From Dendrobates tinctorius (taxonomy: Eukaryota): a stretch of 64,000 nt of DNA. The stretch lies in contig NW_027361775.1 in NCBI RefSeq assembly GCF_039654945.1, positions 11,656,001 to 11,720,000 on the forward strand. The letters are read 5' to 3'. The notes under the pieces were generated by a model. That model was not told the DNA's origin. It saw nothing but the letters and a program-made list of their open reading frames with translations, and did not search any database. Made by a program: the position numbers and the translations under genes. This document shows positions 1-13,599 of this stretch, one piece after another (positions within the stretch are counted from its first letter, which is position 1; every line of letters starts with the position of its first letter).

Positions 1-829
1 CTTCTATATAAAAAATAGAGGGTCAATTTGTCCTGATCGAGAGCTGTAAATGAACTATCCAGACACTTAATAAGGTTCCAAGTCCTTTGTATTCCTGGCT
101 ATTCTTCAAGAGCTATCTTTTTTTTTTTTTGCAAAAGGGCCATGGAACAAGTGATCACTTTAATTAGGATTCATTCTGTGATCCCCAGACTTGTGCTGAG
201 ATCACTGCAACAGTCCTATAGTAATGAGAAGGAAAAGCAAGCAGCAGAAAGCCTAAAAACAGCCCTGGCTGCTGACAGAGGAGTCACACACAGTGTGCTT
301 CTGCCTCAGCTCCTGCTGCACCTCTTCCCACACACCCACTGCCTGCACTGAGCACATCTTATGGACTGCGAGTTGGCTGAAAGTTTAACTCTTGCAGATT
401 TAGCATTTCATGCCATAGGGCTTGTGACTGCTGCATCCCCCAGTGATGTCATGTGAAGGAACCTAGAGCAAGCTGCCTGCCATTCCGTCATCTCTGTGTA
501 TGTGGGGCTTTCCTCCTGTAGATGGAAGGAGACTGGTGCTAGGGAGGTCTCTGTGCAGCTTCAGTCTCTTTCCCCTCTTTGTGCTCAGTGATGGTTGAGT
601 CCAGCTCCTTGTGCTGCCTGCTCTGCACAGTGTAGTGTCTGCTGCGATCTCTGTCCTCCAGCCACGATCCTCCTGCCTTGCTCTGGATCAGACCTGACTG
701 TGGTCACACTGCCCGAGGCGCTGTCCGTTCAGCACCAGCTTCTTCCATCGCTTGGACCTCACCAGGAAGGTGTCTCCTGCTTCTGCTGCCTGCTCTCCTG
801 CAGAGGCTCGTCTGGACCTTCATGATGAC

Positions 830-922
830 ATGAGAGGCAACTTCAGGTGGCTTCACAACCTGGATCACTTCTCCATTTTCTGGCTATTTGATTGTGTGGG
901 TGATCAATCTGGAGAACGGTGA
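830..922 (+). promoter_or_regulatory. 30-codon upstream ORF in the putative 5' UTR, overlapped by a mini-uORF ATGATGACATGA (822-833)
   Basis: ATG at 830 to TGA at 920-922, in frame with the main ATG; the transcription start is not known. Confidence 0.4.
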
Positions 923-967
923 AATATCGCTGAGGAATCCGTGTGGATGTGTGGAGACTACAGAGAC

Positions 968-1034
968 ATGACTGCGCTGGGGACATTGAAGTATCTGCTG
1001 TTTGTGTGCCTAGGATTCCTCACTGCAGCTAAGG
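968..1034 (+). CDS. CSMD1: First coding exon (signal peptide) of CUB and Sushi multiple domains 1
   Basis: gacATG at 968 encodes MTALGTLKYLLFVCLGFLTAAK+G, followed by the donor GTAAGA at 1035 (phase 1). It has a hydrophobic core and matches the recalled human CSMD1 N-terminus MTAW...LLTAAKG|QNC at both ends, with the same junction position. Confidence 0.85.
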
Positions 1035-1279
1035 GTAAGATTTATGCCCATTACTTAGTTATGTCAGGGGCTTCTTGTATTGCTGATCAACCAGTGTGGC
1101 CACTGGATGGCTGAGGTGGTGGAAGCCCCTTAAGTTAGACATAGTGAACTGAGAGCTGCAAGGAACAGACATAAGCCTGGATTCTGGCAATTCTAGAAGA
1201 GGTTAATATGGAGATCTATGCATTGGGTGATAAATGATGTGCTAACGCCATATGGCTAAGGTGCTAGCCCCCCAGCTCT

Positions 1280-2115
1280 CCATTAGTGGATTACAGGGCA
1301 GACTTTGTAGCTGTATGCATTATTACACATGAACCTGTCAGGATCTCACCAATGATGGATACTTAGATGGTGTATTGATGATCATTGCATTGTATGATGA
1401 AGGATGTGGTTACACCAGATAGGTTAGGTGGTGAACCTCAAGTCCTATATTAGTGGGCTACAGAGTAGACTTTTTAGCTGTAATAATTACACATGAACAT
1501 GTGAAGATCTCACCAATGATGGATACTTAGATGTTTTATTGATGATCATTGCATTGTATGATGAAGGATGTGGTTACACCAGATAGATAAAGTGGTGACC
1601 CTCAAGTCCTATATTAGTGGGCTACAGAGTAGACTTTTCAACTGTATAAATTACACATGAACATGTGAAGATCTCACCAATGATGGATACTTAGATGTTT
1701 TATTGATGATCATTGCATTGTATGATGAAGGATGTGGTTACACCAGATAGGTTAGGTGGTGAACCTCAAGTCCTATATTAGTGGGCTACAGAGTAGACTT
1801 TTCAGCTGTATAAATTACACATGAACATGTGAAGATCTCACCAATGATGGATACTTAGTTTTATTGATGATCATTGCATTGTATGATGAAGGATGTGGTT
1901 ACACCAGATAGATAAAGTGGTGACCCTCAAGTCCTATATTAGTGGGCTACAGAGTAGACTTTTTAGCTGTATTAATTACACATGAACATGTGAAGATCTC
2001 ACCAATGATGGATACTTAGATGGTGTATTGATGACCATTGAATTGTGTGATCAAGGATGTGGTAACACCAGATTGGTTAGGTGGTGAACCTCAAGTCCTA
2101 TATTAGTGAGTTACA
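1280..2115. repeat. Tandem repeat, 164-bp unit, about 5 copies
   Basis: ATTACACATGAAC recurs at 1322, 1486, 1650, 1814 and 1975. Confidence 0.95.
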
Positions 2116-4682
2116 AGTAAGAAGCAGCAGACTTTTGGCTCAATCTGAAGTGCATTTGGATCCTGGCAATGTTGCTTTACATAAAGTCAAAAATGTGATG
2201 GCTAATTTTGGGGGTTACATAAGATAGCTGAAGTGATAGCCCTCAGATTGAAGAAGTAGACATTAAGATAGTTGGAATAGATGTGGATATGCACAATGGC
2301 AATGCAGATTTTTTTTTTTTACAAGAGGGTTTCTTGGTGATCTAGCTATACACAGTAGTTTGATAAAGGATGTGATAACTCCAGGGCAGTGCACTAAACA
2401 GTAATATACTTAGGAGCCTAGAGAAAAATGGGATGTAGTCATATATCACTTACGGTACCAGTGTCTGCATCCACCTTATAGGGAGATTTATTGCACAGAT
2501 CTTATGATGTTTTACTCAGTAATCAATCTCCACCAGATAATTTATTGTAACAAGTTGCCACCATTAATGGCTTGCTGTATGGTATTGTGTGGAAATAGAA
2601 TATAGACAGTATTCCAGCACAGTACAATATGGAGATCTTATCTTACATTTATGTCCATGTTTCTTAGTTTCTTTCCTTTTCATTAATCAAAAGTCGTTTT
2701 AACTTTTGACACATATGCTCCTTACATGAATATTAGGCTTCTATTTTTGGGCAATTGCTACACTTTGTTATATATGTTGTGCTATGGAATGAGTTACAAA
2801 GGTGTAATGCTATTACTAAACTGACTGGGGTCCAGTCCTAAACAAGTGCTCCTTGAACCAATGGGAAAAGTGTTGGCTCTTGAGTTGTATTATCCTTTAC
2901 ATGGTATTGCCTTAAGGATTTATTAAATCGGCAGTTTATGATAATAACACTAAAGGGAGCTCATATTCAAAGCTTTCTTTGGAGAATTAAGCCCTCTTTT
3001 AGTAGACAGCCTTGCTAAAAGGCATATGTACAAAATTGGAAAATATGAGTTTTCCATTCAAGTACATACACATCTTAATATATGACTTCTGGCTAGGAGG
3101 TGTGATGCCCTCCCAGGATCTCCGAGTCACAGTTGTGTGTACAATATACTTATATGGAATATTGCATTGACCTTTATTTGTACAGCATGTCTAAACATCA
3201 GCCTCTTGTTAGTGCACAACCTTGGTCTACGAGGCTTTTTTTTATATTATTCGTGTTATTGTTTACATGAACGACACTTTTTATTTCCCTTAATTTTCAA
3301 TTTTATTAATGAAGGTCTAGAATCCAGTGTGACTATACAGAACATGACTATGTCTTTTGTCCATGATGTCCTTCCTAAGTAAATAATGGAACTCAATTCC
3401 AATGTGTATTTATGAAAGTTGATGATGTGTAGGCTGCATATTACAATGTGCTCAGTAATAAAATATAGATGATAGAGATGGACTGATTATTACCACTTGG
3501 TTCCATGGTTTATGCTGAAGGCGACCTTGCCATCTGATCTGGTAATGAAGAAGCAGGAGGAAGTGTGTGATGTTCTCTGTGCAAGCTCTGAATACATCTC
3601 CAGCCTGAGCAATTCGTGTGTAGCCTGTAGATGCAGCACACATGCTGTGTGTGTGAGAGGCTGTGTGTGGGCTTTTCTTCTCAAATGTTCCTTCTTTTCC
3701 ACTCTCTCGCATTCCCCCTACAGTAATTTATAAGCTGAGCTCACACTTTATTTTGCACGTTTGAAGGTGGTTATCAAAGCTTTTAAGGTTAAAAATGTCA
3801 ATATATCTAAATTTATATCTCCACCCTCTACAATTAAAGGATTTGTCTACTGTAGTTTTGGTGTGACGTAGTTGGTGTGCATGTTACAGTATAAGGCTGG
3901 GGTCACACCACTGTATTTTCTCTTATTTTAAGAGAATCGGGCCAATTATGTTCATCACATTCTGATGCAACGCTCATCAGAGTTTGATCAGAGAGCGGTA
4001 AGAAGATAGTTTAGTCCTGTTTTCTCGGGAGAGGAGAAAAAAGTCTCCATCTTCACAATTCTGTCAGTCCATGAAAATTGAACTGCACTCAGATGTCATA
4101 TGAGCGTGTTCTGATTTTTTTCACCGACTCATTGACATGCATGGCTGAGTGTGATCCGAATATAGGATTTTTTCCTGGTCTAAGGAAAATATTGGACATG
4201 TGCACGGCTCCATCGAATAACATTGGTCCGAATGCGATTCAAGGATCGCACTAAGACTGAAAACACCATCTTCCACACAAGCCCTAAAGCACGATTTATA
4301 GAAAATTCATCTGTGACTATTGTAAAGCAATATCTTCCAGCAAGCACAGACTGGATCTGTAGTAGCACAAAAAGTTGGAGAACATTATTAAAGTGCATAG
4401 TGGTCACTGAGGCTATTAAATATGAACTCGCTAAAGAATCCATTCCATAAATCTGAGAGATCTATTCACAAGTATGACTATTATGGTTCAGTTTGTTTCC
4501 TATGATATATTGTAGTCTTTGGGGATTTCGGTCCATTTCCCTAAACAGTGGTGTATGACAAAGAAAGGCATACTAAACACAAGATGTGTAACCCAACGTC
4601 TTTCTTAGGGGTGTAAAGTTCTTGAAGGTCTATAATATGCTCTGTAGAGGGAAGAATTCAGGCTTTGCTGTTTATTCAACCA

Positions 4683-5603
4683 CTAGATTTTGGCCCGATG
4701 CTATAGCATCGGGAGGATGCGATAGCATCACACCTCTTGCCATGTTAACCCTCAACACACACACTCTCACCTTTCACCATCTCCACTCACTCTTTCACTC
4801 CACATATGACCCCTTCTCTCACTCCGTCTCTCATACTCACGCCGTCATCGCCGCTGCTCCACGATCCCCGACATCCTGGATCCAGACGTTGTCCACGCCG
4901 GCGACATGTTCTTGCGGCGACGTCATCTTGAGTATCGTGAAATCCCGCGATACTCAAGATGGCGTCGCCGGAAGAACATGTCGCCAGCATGGACGACGTC
5001 GGGATCCAAAATGGTGTCGGCGAAATCTCGCGAGTTTTCGCCGACGCCATTTTGGATCCCGACGTCGTCCTCGCCGGCGACATGTTCTTGCGGCGACGCC
5101 ATCTTGAGTATTGCGGGATTTCGCCGATCCAAAATAGCGTCGCCGCAGGAACATGTCCCCAGCGTGGATGCCGTCGGGATCCAAAATGGCGTCGGCGCGA
5201 GATTTCGCTGACGCCATTTTGGATCCCGACGTCCTCCACACCGGCGACATGTTCTTGTGGCGATGCCATCTTGACTATCGCGGGATTTCGCTGATCCAAA
5301 ATGGCGTCGTCGCAAGAACATGTTGCCGGCGTGGAGGACGTCTGGATCCAGGATGGCGCCGGCGGAAGAAGATGTCGGGGATCGTGGATCAGCTGCGATG
5401 ACGGCGTGAGTATGAGAGACGGAGTGAGAGAAAGGGTCGTATGTGGAGTGAAAGAGTGAGTGGACGTGAGTGGAGATGGTGAAAGGTGAGAGGAGTGGTG
5501 TGTTGATGGTTAACATGGAAAGAGGTGTGCGGTGACGTCACCGGTTACAACTGGACGGAAGTTGTTACAACCGGAAGCTGCTTAGGGCATTTATTATTAT
5601 AGA
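4683..5603 (-). mobile_element. Non-autonomous Helitron with a large internal palindrome
   Basis: Minus strand begins TCTATAATAATAA and ends with hairpin CCCGATGC-TATA-GCATCGGG then CCAAAATCTAG; inserted between A and T with no TSD; inverted arms span ~4729-5529. Confidence 0.85.
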
Positions 5604-7070
5604 TAATATAACTAGTCGGAAATCTATTTCAGTTAGGCTTTTCTCTATTTCATTCCATATGAATGTCTTAAACGTGAAATGGTCAACGGTGAAGTCTCAG
5701 GTGTGCTGCACCGGGCGACCTGATTTCAGTAGTATGCCTCCTAGCTTCATGCTCAGGATGAAGGCTTTGGTAAATCTGGCCACCTGCAGCAGATCTGACG
5801 CCGGAACGTTTTGAGCACTAGCGTGCAGGTTTTAGCATAAATCCTTACATACTTTAATAAACCCAGACATGATGGATTTGAAACTTGGCATTTACACACA
5901 TTTTGAATTCATAAGCTGTGGTGTGTATGGAATTTAGAAGTCTTCATATTTCACTGTCGCTGTTCTCCGCATAAGCAAACAGAATGTACCGTACTGTACA
6001 TTGTGCACTTCTTTGTAGGAACATATATCTATAGCACATGCATGACTCAAGAATGGATCGATTTGCAGTTCCCCTTGACCTCACCATATGTATTGTAACG
6101 CTTCAGCTGGCATTATAATACTATCCATGCTTGCAAGAACGAGATCCTACTCAGTGTAAATGCCAGCTGCACATCTGAAGTCATTATGCATGAAAATAAC
6201 ACTATGAAGAAAGAAGGTATCAGAGACACTGCTTATGCTAAATAGAGGTTAACTGAGGTATAGAAGCAGAGATTCATTGGAAAATACATAGAAATGACAG
6301 AGCATACATTTTTCATTATGAATATCTGCTCATCTCGTTAACGCATCTGTCAGAATACTGGAATTATATAGTTAACAGCAAGAATGTCTTCACTGCTATA
6401 TCTTTAAAACTGGTGGGCTGCGTCAATCAGAAAGGGTGTTTAGTAGACTATCTTTGGTTGCCAGGCAACACTAATGTTTGATCATTTTCCATTGTTCGAC
6501 TTCGTCACATAAATGTAATTTCTTTCTCTGATAAATGCCATAAAGAGCGTTTCCACCCCAATTGCAGTTTTTATACAGATACAGAAAAGTGTACATGTAA
6601 AAAGTAAATCATTCTGAGGGTATTTTTTACAACAGTATCCCATATAATTGTTCACCATTCCTAAACTGAGGATGCTAGAAACACTCTGGGTGGCGAAGTG
6701 CAGAAATGAGTGATGTGTGGTGTGTGACTCCCTATATTCCCATGCAACATTGTAAATAGGTTTTATACCAGTGTACAGGCTGAGAAGCATAGACTTAAGA
6801 ATAAGGTGTAATTCCTCCATTAAAATTATTTTCAGTATATATAAAAATTAAAAGGGGCAAAGATCAAGATTATAAATTGGTGATCCCCAAAGAGCTCACT
6901 ACTGGGATTGCCCATCAGTGATTATCAAGGGTACTGAATATTGTGGTGTTTGAGCATTTTGTCTCTTTTGCATAGTTCCTCATTTAAAGCCTCTACTATA
7001 GAATAAGAAGAACAATAACGGTCGTTGCATTTCTTCAGGCTTCATATGTGAAGCATTCCTTGCTGCTTTA

Positions 7071-7459
7071 AGGTACTGTCACACTTAGCAATGTACCAGC
7101 GATCCCGACCAGCGATATGACGCGGTCAGGACCGCTGGTACATCGCTAAGTGGTCGCTAGTGAGCTGCCACACAGGCAGATCTCACCAGCGACATCGCTA
7201 GGGTCGGGGGTTGCTACTTACCTGTCACACCAGACGATCCTGCGTCCTCCCGCCCGGCTCCACGCTCGTCTCTCCACAGGAAGCACCGCAGGAAGCTGAC
7301 GACGAGAAACAGTCCAGGACATTCTCGCGCGATCAGCGATAACCAGCGGGGGAGCGGTGGGAGGTAAGTATCAGACACAGCGATATCACTAGCAATATCA
7401 CTATAACGTCACAAGTTATAGCGATATTGCTAGCGATATCGCTTAGTGTGACAGTACCT
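7071..7459. mobile_element. PIF/Harbinger-type MITE (GCGATATCGCTAG family)
   Basis: TIR AGGTACTGTCACACT...AGTGTGACAGTACCT; TSD TTA/TTA. Confidence 0.9.
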
Positions 7460-9456
7460 TTAGAGTCAGCATACAGCAACCCTCCAACCCATCTAAAAAT
7501 TGACTACAGATAGCAATGGCATATATCTCATGTCTGATGTCCTGCTTTTGATCTCCACTTCTGAGTGCTGAGGTAGCTTCCTTTGAGACCAAAATACTCA
7601 CTGCAATCTAACTGTGAGATAGTCAGACGCTCTGAAGCACATGTCCATTTTATAAGGACATTCTGTCAGTGGTTACCTGGCAGCTCTAAAACAACTACCA
7701 TGGACAGGTTTAGCACAAGCCACCTTGGTTACCAAATCCCAAGGGTTGCCCTGGGCTTCATCCTTTAAACTCAGTACAAGGATCTGGACTTAAATGGGCT
7801 CCTGGGCTGGGACAATGGAATAAGCCTTTAATCAGGGGTTGAGGCTGGTATGAATGGTTAGGTAGCCGGGCACCACAAAGAGGGCAGGAAAAGTACAAAA
7901 TCAGAATATATAATAGTCAGACACACAAGTCAAGATGAAAACAAAGAATAATGTTACAACAAGGCACAAACAGACAGGACTGAATCATAGAAGCACAAGA
8001 CTATATCTGGCAGCTTCCAGCAGTAAGCTGGAAGCTTGACTGTGGTGCTCGCCAATTGGCTGGAGTTAGCTGAGAACTAAAAATGGGCAGCACATACTCC
8101 CACACTGTCAAACTAGACGGCACTGCAGGTCCCAGTAACCCTAACCTTAATGGCTGGATAGAGCCTGCACCATCCAGAACTTCTGGTTCTAACATTTCTT
8201 CTATCACCAGTTCAGAATAAATATGGCAGCACCTGGCGTCAAAAGAAGATATTGCAGAATCAGGTCCTTGTGGAGAATGACACATTGGCATGGCTTACAC
8301 CATTGTTGGTGACCTCAGTGATTCTTTCATTTCTGCTGTCTGTAACAGTGAGAGTTGGCAGTGGAGGCACAGAGAAGGATGATTCAGACTTTTTACTGAA
8401 TCCTCTATGTGACTGCAGTGGCTATTTTTTTTTTCTAGAAGAAGTGTCTTAGCACTTGGAAATGGCAGACGTAGGGACGAAAAGCAGGGTAGCTATGGTG
8501 TCCAAGCATTAGTCACATATAGGCTAAGTTTTTACCTATTCTGGAGTGTTTAAAAAATGTAGCATTAAGGCGAGGACCTGAAAAGCAATCTGTCTTATAT
8601 AGGAAAAATAAATTGTCTCCAGCTTACCTAAACTTATTGGGGTATGTTCAACCACAGATTTGCAAACTGTTCCCTTTAACAATTGGAAGAACTTTGACTG
8701 CAACTCTGAAATATAATACAGCATGTTACCTGACGAACCCAGGAAAATAAGTAACTCCAAGTAGCTACCAATATACTGAAATATTTCTGTATAGTAGTTT
8801 GCCATCTATGTATAAATTGCTAAACGATTCTTAATGGTGGACATACACAATAGGAACTAAATCATAGACTTTAATGCAGTAGTAAGCAATTATCTTGATG
8901 CATTCTGAATACACATTTTGTAGTCGGTTCCTTTTGTACAGCAGACCAATAATATGCAAAGTGGTCACTAGTGCTCATGTTAGTGCTTCTTTCTCGATAT
9001 AATGGGTAGACGGGCTGAATGCAAAGCTTTTACTGGTTAAATGCTATTGAATGTTCGAGCTATACAGAGGATATTTAAAGCTGATAAGGAAGCAGTTGAG
9101 CTATGGTCACAGAACAGATAATCTGAAAGAAGGACCAAGTCAGATCTCGGCTTCTCAACAAGTGGTACTGCTCAAGGTACTGAAATATAGGACAGGAGAA
9201 AGTAGTGGATACAGAATTATGCAATAATTATAATACACTGCGCGGCTATCACAGTATATATATATACAGTATATTGCAATTTTTGTCAGGTTATCAATAT
9301 TAACAGCATTTACTTTAATCTTCTGTAAATTGGACTATTTGGAGTTCTGAGAACTACAGTACAGTACGTACATATTCAGCCCGCTACATATTAGAGCGAA
9401 CATCAGTAGCTTCTAGTGTCTTAATGGTGTAATATACAATGTCAAAAACTTGGTAT

Positions 9457-10074
9457 TGGAGATGAGTGCATAAGCACAAGTTAATATTTTCCTGTTTGTG
9501 AATTTTTTCCTGAGAAATTTAATTTGCAAAGAAGTAATTCTCTACAAATATAATGTCATGTATTATGCGCTAGGGTCTTCTCAGACCATAATAAGTATAA
9601 TATGTAAAACATAGCAAAAAATTGCTATAGTCACTTCTCTGGACCCCTCCAGTACTCACCGCCATCCATCGCAACATCCTCTGATCCACTGGCATTCGCA
9701 TGTGAATCTTCAGTACTATTGCACTGTACCAGACATTCAGGTGTCATGGTGCCATGGGAGGACTGTGAGCAAGCGCGCAGGGGTTAATGATATCATGAAA
9801 ACCCATCACGATTGGCGGGAGATCAGAAGATGGTGTGAGGAGGGTGGGGCGGTGAGTAGCGAAGATGATCCGTGAGTAGGTGAGGTGAGTATAATTCTTA
9901 TTTCTTTAAACTTTTGATGACCTATTATGGTTCAGAAAAATGTCTGTCAGTCACCACTATTTTTCTGAATCCATGTGGAAGCGATTTGCAAGAAAATCTA
10001 CATTTTGGCAAATGCAGATTTTTCTAAAAGTTGAGTCAAGTTCAATTTCACTGGAAGTTAGTCGCTCATCTCTA
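9457..10074. mobile_element. Non-autonomous hAT element
   Basis: TIR TGGAGATGAG...CTCATCTCTA; 8-bp TSD CTTGGTAT on both sides; internal imperfect hairpin ~9650-9860. Confidence 0.85.
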
Positions 10075-10144
10075 CTTGGTATACCTGCTTAGTTAATTAA
10101 GAGGCGGTCTCCTGGCATTTACCATCTCGATGTTATTAAAAAAA

Positions 10145-10604
10145 GGCTAGTTTCACACTAGCGTTTATTCTACGCAGCGCACGGCGCCGCTAAGCCACGC
10201 CCCCTGCCGGCTCCCTGCCCACCCCATCCGGTCATCGCCGCCTACCTACTATCGCACATGGACGCTTGCGATCTGCGCAACCTATCTTTAGCATACGGTG
10301 CGCAGATCATGCGCTAGTAGGATTTTGACGTGCGCTGCACACTTTTGAAGGTGCGCCCGTGTGCGCCGAATGAAGCATGTTGCATTTCGGCGCGCTCGGC
10401 GCACCTTCAAAGATGCGCAGCGCACGCCAAAATCCTACTAGCGCACGGCCAGCGCACGATCTGTGCACCCTATGCTAACGATAGCAAGCGTCCATGTGCA
10501 ATAGTAGGCGGCGATGACCGGATGGGGCGGGCAGGGAGCCGGCAGGGGGCGGGGCTTAGCGGTGCCGTGTGCTGCGTGGAATAAACGCTAGTGTGAAACT
10601 AGCC
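10145..10604. mobile_element. Palindromic Harbinger-type MITE
   Basis: TIR GGCTAGTTTCACACTAGCG; the whole element is an imperfect inverted repeat; right flank TTA. Confidence 0.88.
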
Positions 10605-12139
10605 TTACTTCTCCCTAAAACAGGATAAACCCATTAGGCAGTATTCACATCTTTGGTGCACAATATTTAAGAGGGTTCAAATGTAACATATCTAAAAGTA
10701 GATTGGCACTCACCACAAAGAATGATAAAACAGCAGTTTATGTTGTTTGCATTGTTGAAAGGTATACAAAAAGAGCAATATACAACAGGTCCGTACCCCA
10801 TGGCTGTGTAATGCACACAATGCTTTCTCAAGGTCCATCTCTGCGTGGTTCATTGCTAGGCCACTTTTTTTTTCTAAATGAGTATTCCGAGGCAGTGTTC
10901 ACATGTCCTTATATATTATTTCTATTTTTTCAATTTAGAAAAGACAAACAGAATTGATACCTGAATTAGAACTTTCTGCATTGCTTTGTCAAACCAAAAC
11001 AGAAGGGCCCCATTGATTTATATGGAAGAAAAAGTTCTGCATGTAGGAGTTTAATTTCCATTAGGAAAATAAACAAACGAGAAGCTGACCAGGGGTGGAC
11101 ATATCATTGGTGCAACCTGTGCAGCCGTCAGTGGGCTCATTTCCACCTCCAAAACATGTGAAACTGTATTTTAAATGAACTATTGGTCTACTAAGGACCC
11201 TTTTTACTGTTCTTGCACGGGGCCTTTTTCTGCTTGTGTTTTCCAGTGATGCAGATGGGTTCCATACAAATCAATGAGGGACCCTGTGTTCCTTTATTTG
11301 ACACAATAATGCAGAAGATGCCAATTCCATTTATTTTTCTGTTATTCTGTTCTAAATATAATAGACAAACGTAAATAGCATATGGACATTTTAACATAGC
11401 TTAAGTCAGACCAACAGTATGTACAGGCACTTGCCAGCAGTTGATTGGTGAGTCACCTATTAGTTAAGAATCAAGCCTTGCTCAAGCTTCAGCACTTCGA
11501 GAACCTACAAGGCTTTTGAGCAGGGCTTGTACTTCCATCATTGCCATATGCATACATTTTTAGGTTTAATTAAAATTGACTAATGCAATTCTTTACATCT
11601 TGAGAAATAATTGTGAACTTGGCTCACCAGTTCCAACATAGTCAATGCAAAAGAACATTTGTAAAATAATATCTAAATACACGGCCGTAACAAAGTATTT
11701 TGGAGCTCTAGGCATATGAAGCCAATGGCTCCACTTATCACCCCCAAAACAAAGGAATGGCTCAGGGACTAAGGTAACAGGACCAATAATGAACATTCCC
11801 CCTTCCCCTCCAAATAGTTAGGTAGCAAACTCTGAAGACCATTTCCACTAAAATTGTTCCCTTTTTCACAAACAAAATCAATTATTTTTACTGACAATTT
11901 ACATAATACAGTGGAAAAAATAGCAATATTCATCCCTGACGTCTTATATTTTAAACGTAGTACCCAAGGAAAGTAATCGAAAATAATAAAGCGTAACTAT
12001 AATTGGAGCCACTTGGTTTTGATTAAGGTGTCCAGCATTTGGCAAATACACTAATGGAAAATAAACAGAGCCCCATTGCAAATAAAGGGATACGTCTGAT
12101 AGTTTTTGCGTCCGTCATGCGACAAATACAGCTTGCACA

Positions 12140-12560
12140 AAATTGATGGTGGTTCTGGTGATGTATTCAGGTTCGGGTGACATTGATGTAGTGATGGTTC
12201 TGGTGCTCTATTCATGTAGTGATGATGATTCTGGTGATATATTCTTCACCAGAACCATCATCACTTCATGAATACAGAGCCAAAATAGTCATCAGTACAT
12301 AATTAGAGCACCAGAGCCATGAATCGTACGTGAATACGACCAGAAACATCATCAGTAAATAAATACATCAACAGAACCACCATCAGTACATGAATACATC
12401 AACAGAACCACCATCAGTCCTTGACTACTTCACCAAAACCACCATCAGTAAATTAATAAGTCATCAGAACCTCCATCAGTACATGAATACATCACCAGAA
12501 CCACCATAAGTACATGAATATATGACCAGTACCAAGAGTACTTGAATACAAGAACCAAGC
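12140..12560. repeat. Minisatellite, ~30-bp unit (CATCAGTACATGAATACATCACCAGAACCAC), with an orientation switch at ~12240
   Basis: GATGGTGGTTCTGGTGATGTATTCA units are followed by their reverse complement. Confidence 0.75.
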
Positions 12561-13599
12561 TTAGTACAATGATCGATTGTAATATCAAGCCAGTCGCATA
12601 AACAATTATATCACATGAACCTACAACTTCCAGCATGTTCTTAACAAGGGTAAGGAGATACTGGGAGTTGTTATTAACAGCTATCATCAGACTGTGACCA
12701 TATAGGAACCACAGTACTGATGAGAATTAGTAAGTATTACAAATAAACATTTACATCCTGGTATTTTATAGATTATGCCTTCTCTGGAGTCATCTCTTTG
12801 CTTTCATCTCCATCTTGTCTAGATTCCATGATGACTTTTCACATCCACAGCTGTTCTCCGCAGACCTCCATCTTCTTCGGTCTTTTGCAGCACATCCCAA
12901 CACAGTTACCTTAAAAATAACAGTGCCATTAAAATGCCCTCTATATAAAAATATTTTTTCATATTATAGCCTAAATAAGCCTCCTATGGTATATAACCTC
13001 CAAACTGTCTACCATAATCAGCTATAACCCTACACCATCTGCCCTTATGAACCAGGCCTATACCATGACTGTCACCTCTCTAATTTTCCATTACACTTTC
13101 TATATCTCCACACTACCGCCCTACCATGCTAACCCCTTCCCATATTGTGCCTCTATTTCATGTGTGATCTCTCCATATCAATTCTGTGTTGCTTTCCACA
13201 CTATGGCCTCATACTACCCACCACACTGCCCTCTTAAAACTGTTACCACTCCTCACACTGTTCCCCTACACAGTATGATGGTCACCACAGCCGCCCATAT
13301 GGAATTATTTCAACAACAATCCCCAATATATAATACGGTTACCACCGCAGCCTCTCCATATATAGTATCATGTCCATCACAGACCCCCCATAAATAGTAT
13401 TGTCCAAAACAACCCTCATGTATACTATGATGGCCCCACAGCACCTCATACAGTATTATAACCCACAAACAACACCTCAGACAGTTAAAAAATGATGATA
13501 TTCACAAAGTCCCCTATCTAGTATGGTCACCGCAGCCTCCGGTATAATGACTTCCACAGCCTCATTTACAGTATGGTCGCCACAAGTCCTCATATATAC

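Noticed and set aside
142-825. Short ORFs upstream of exon 1
   Set aside because: No recognisable homology; more likely promoter or 5' UTR sequence.
3893-4262. Degenerate Harbinger-like MITE (GGCTGGGGTCACAC start)
   Set aside because: The right TIR and TSD could not be established.
4622-5516. Several overlapping 100-200 aa ORFs on both strands
   Set aside because: They arise from a GC-rich palindrome with few stop codons; the peptides are repetitive and show no domain.
7664-8347. Possible solo LTR (TGTCA...TAACA)
   Set aside because: No convincing TSD, and the boundaries are uncertain.
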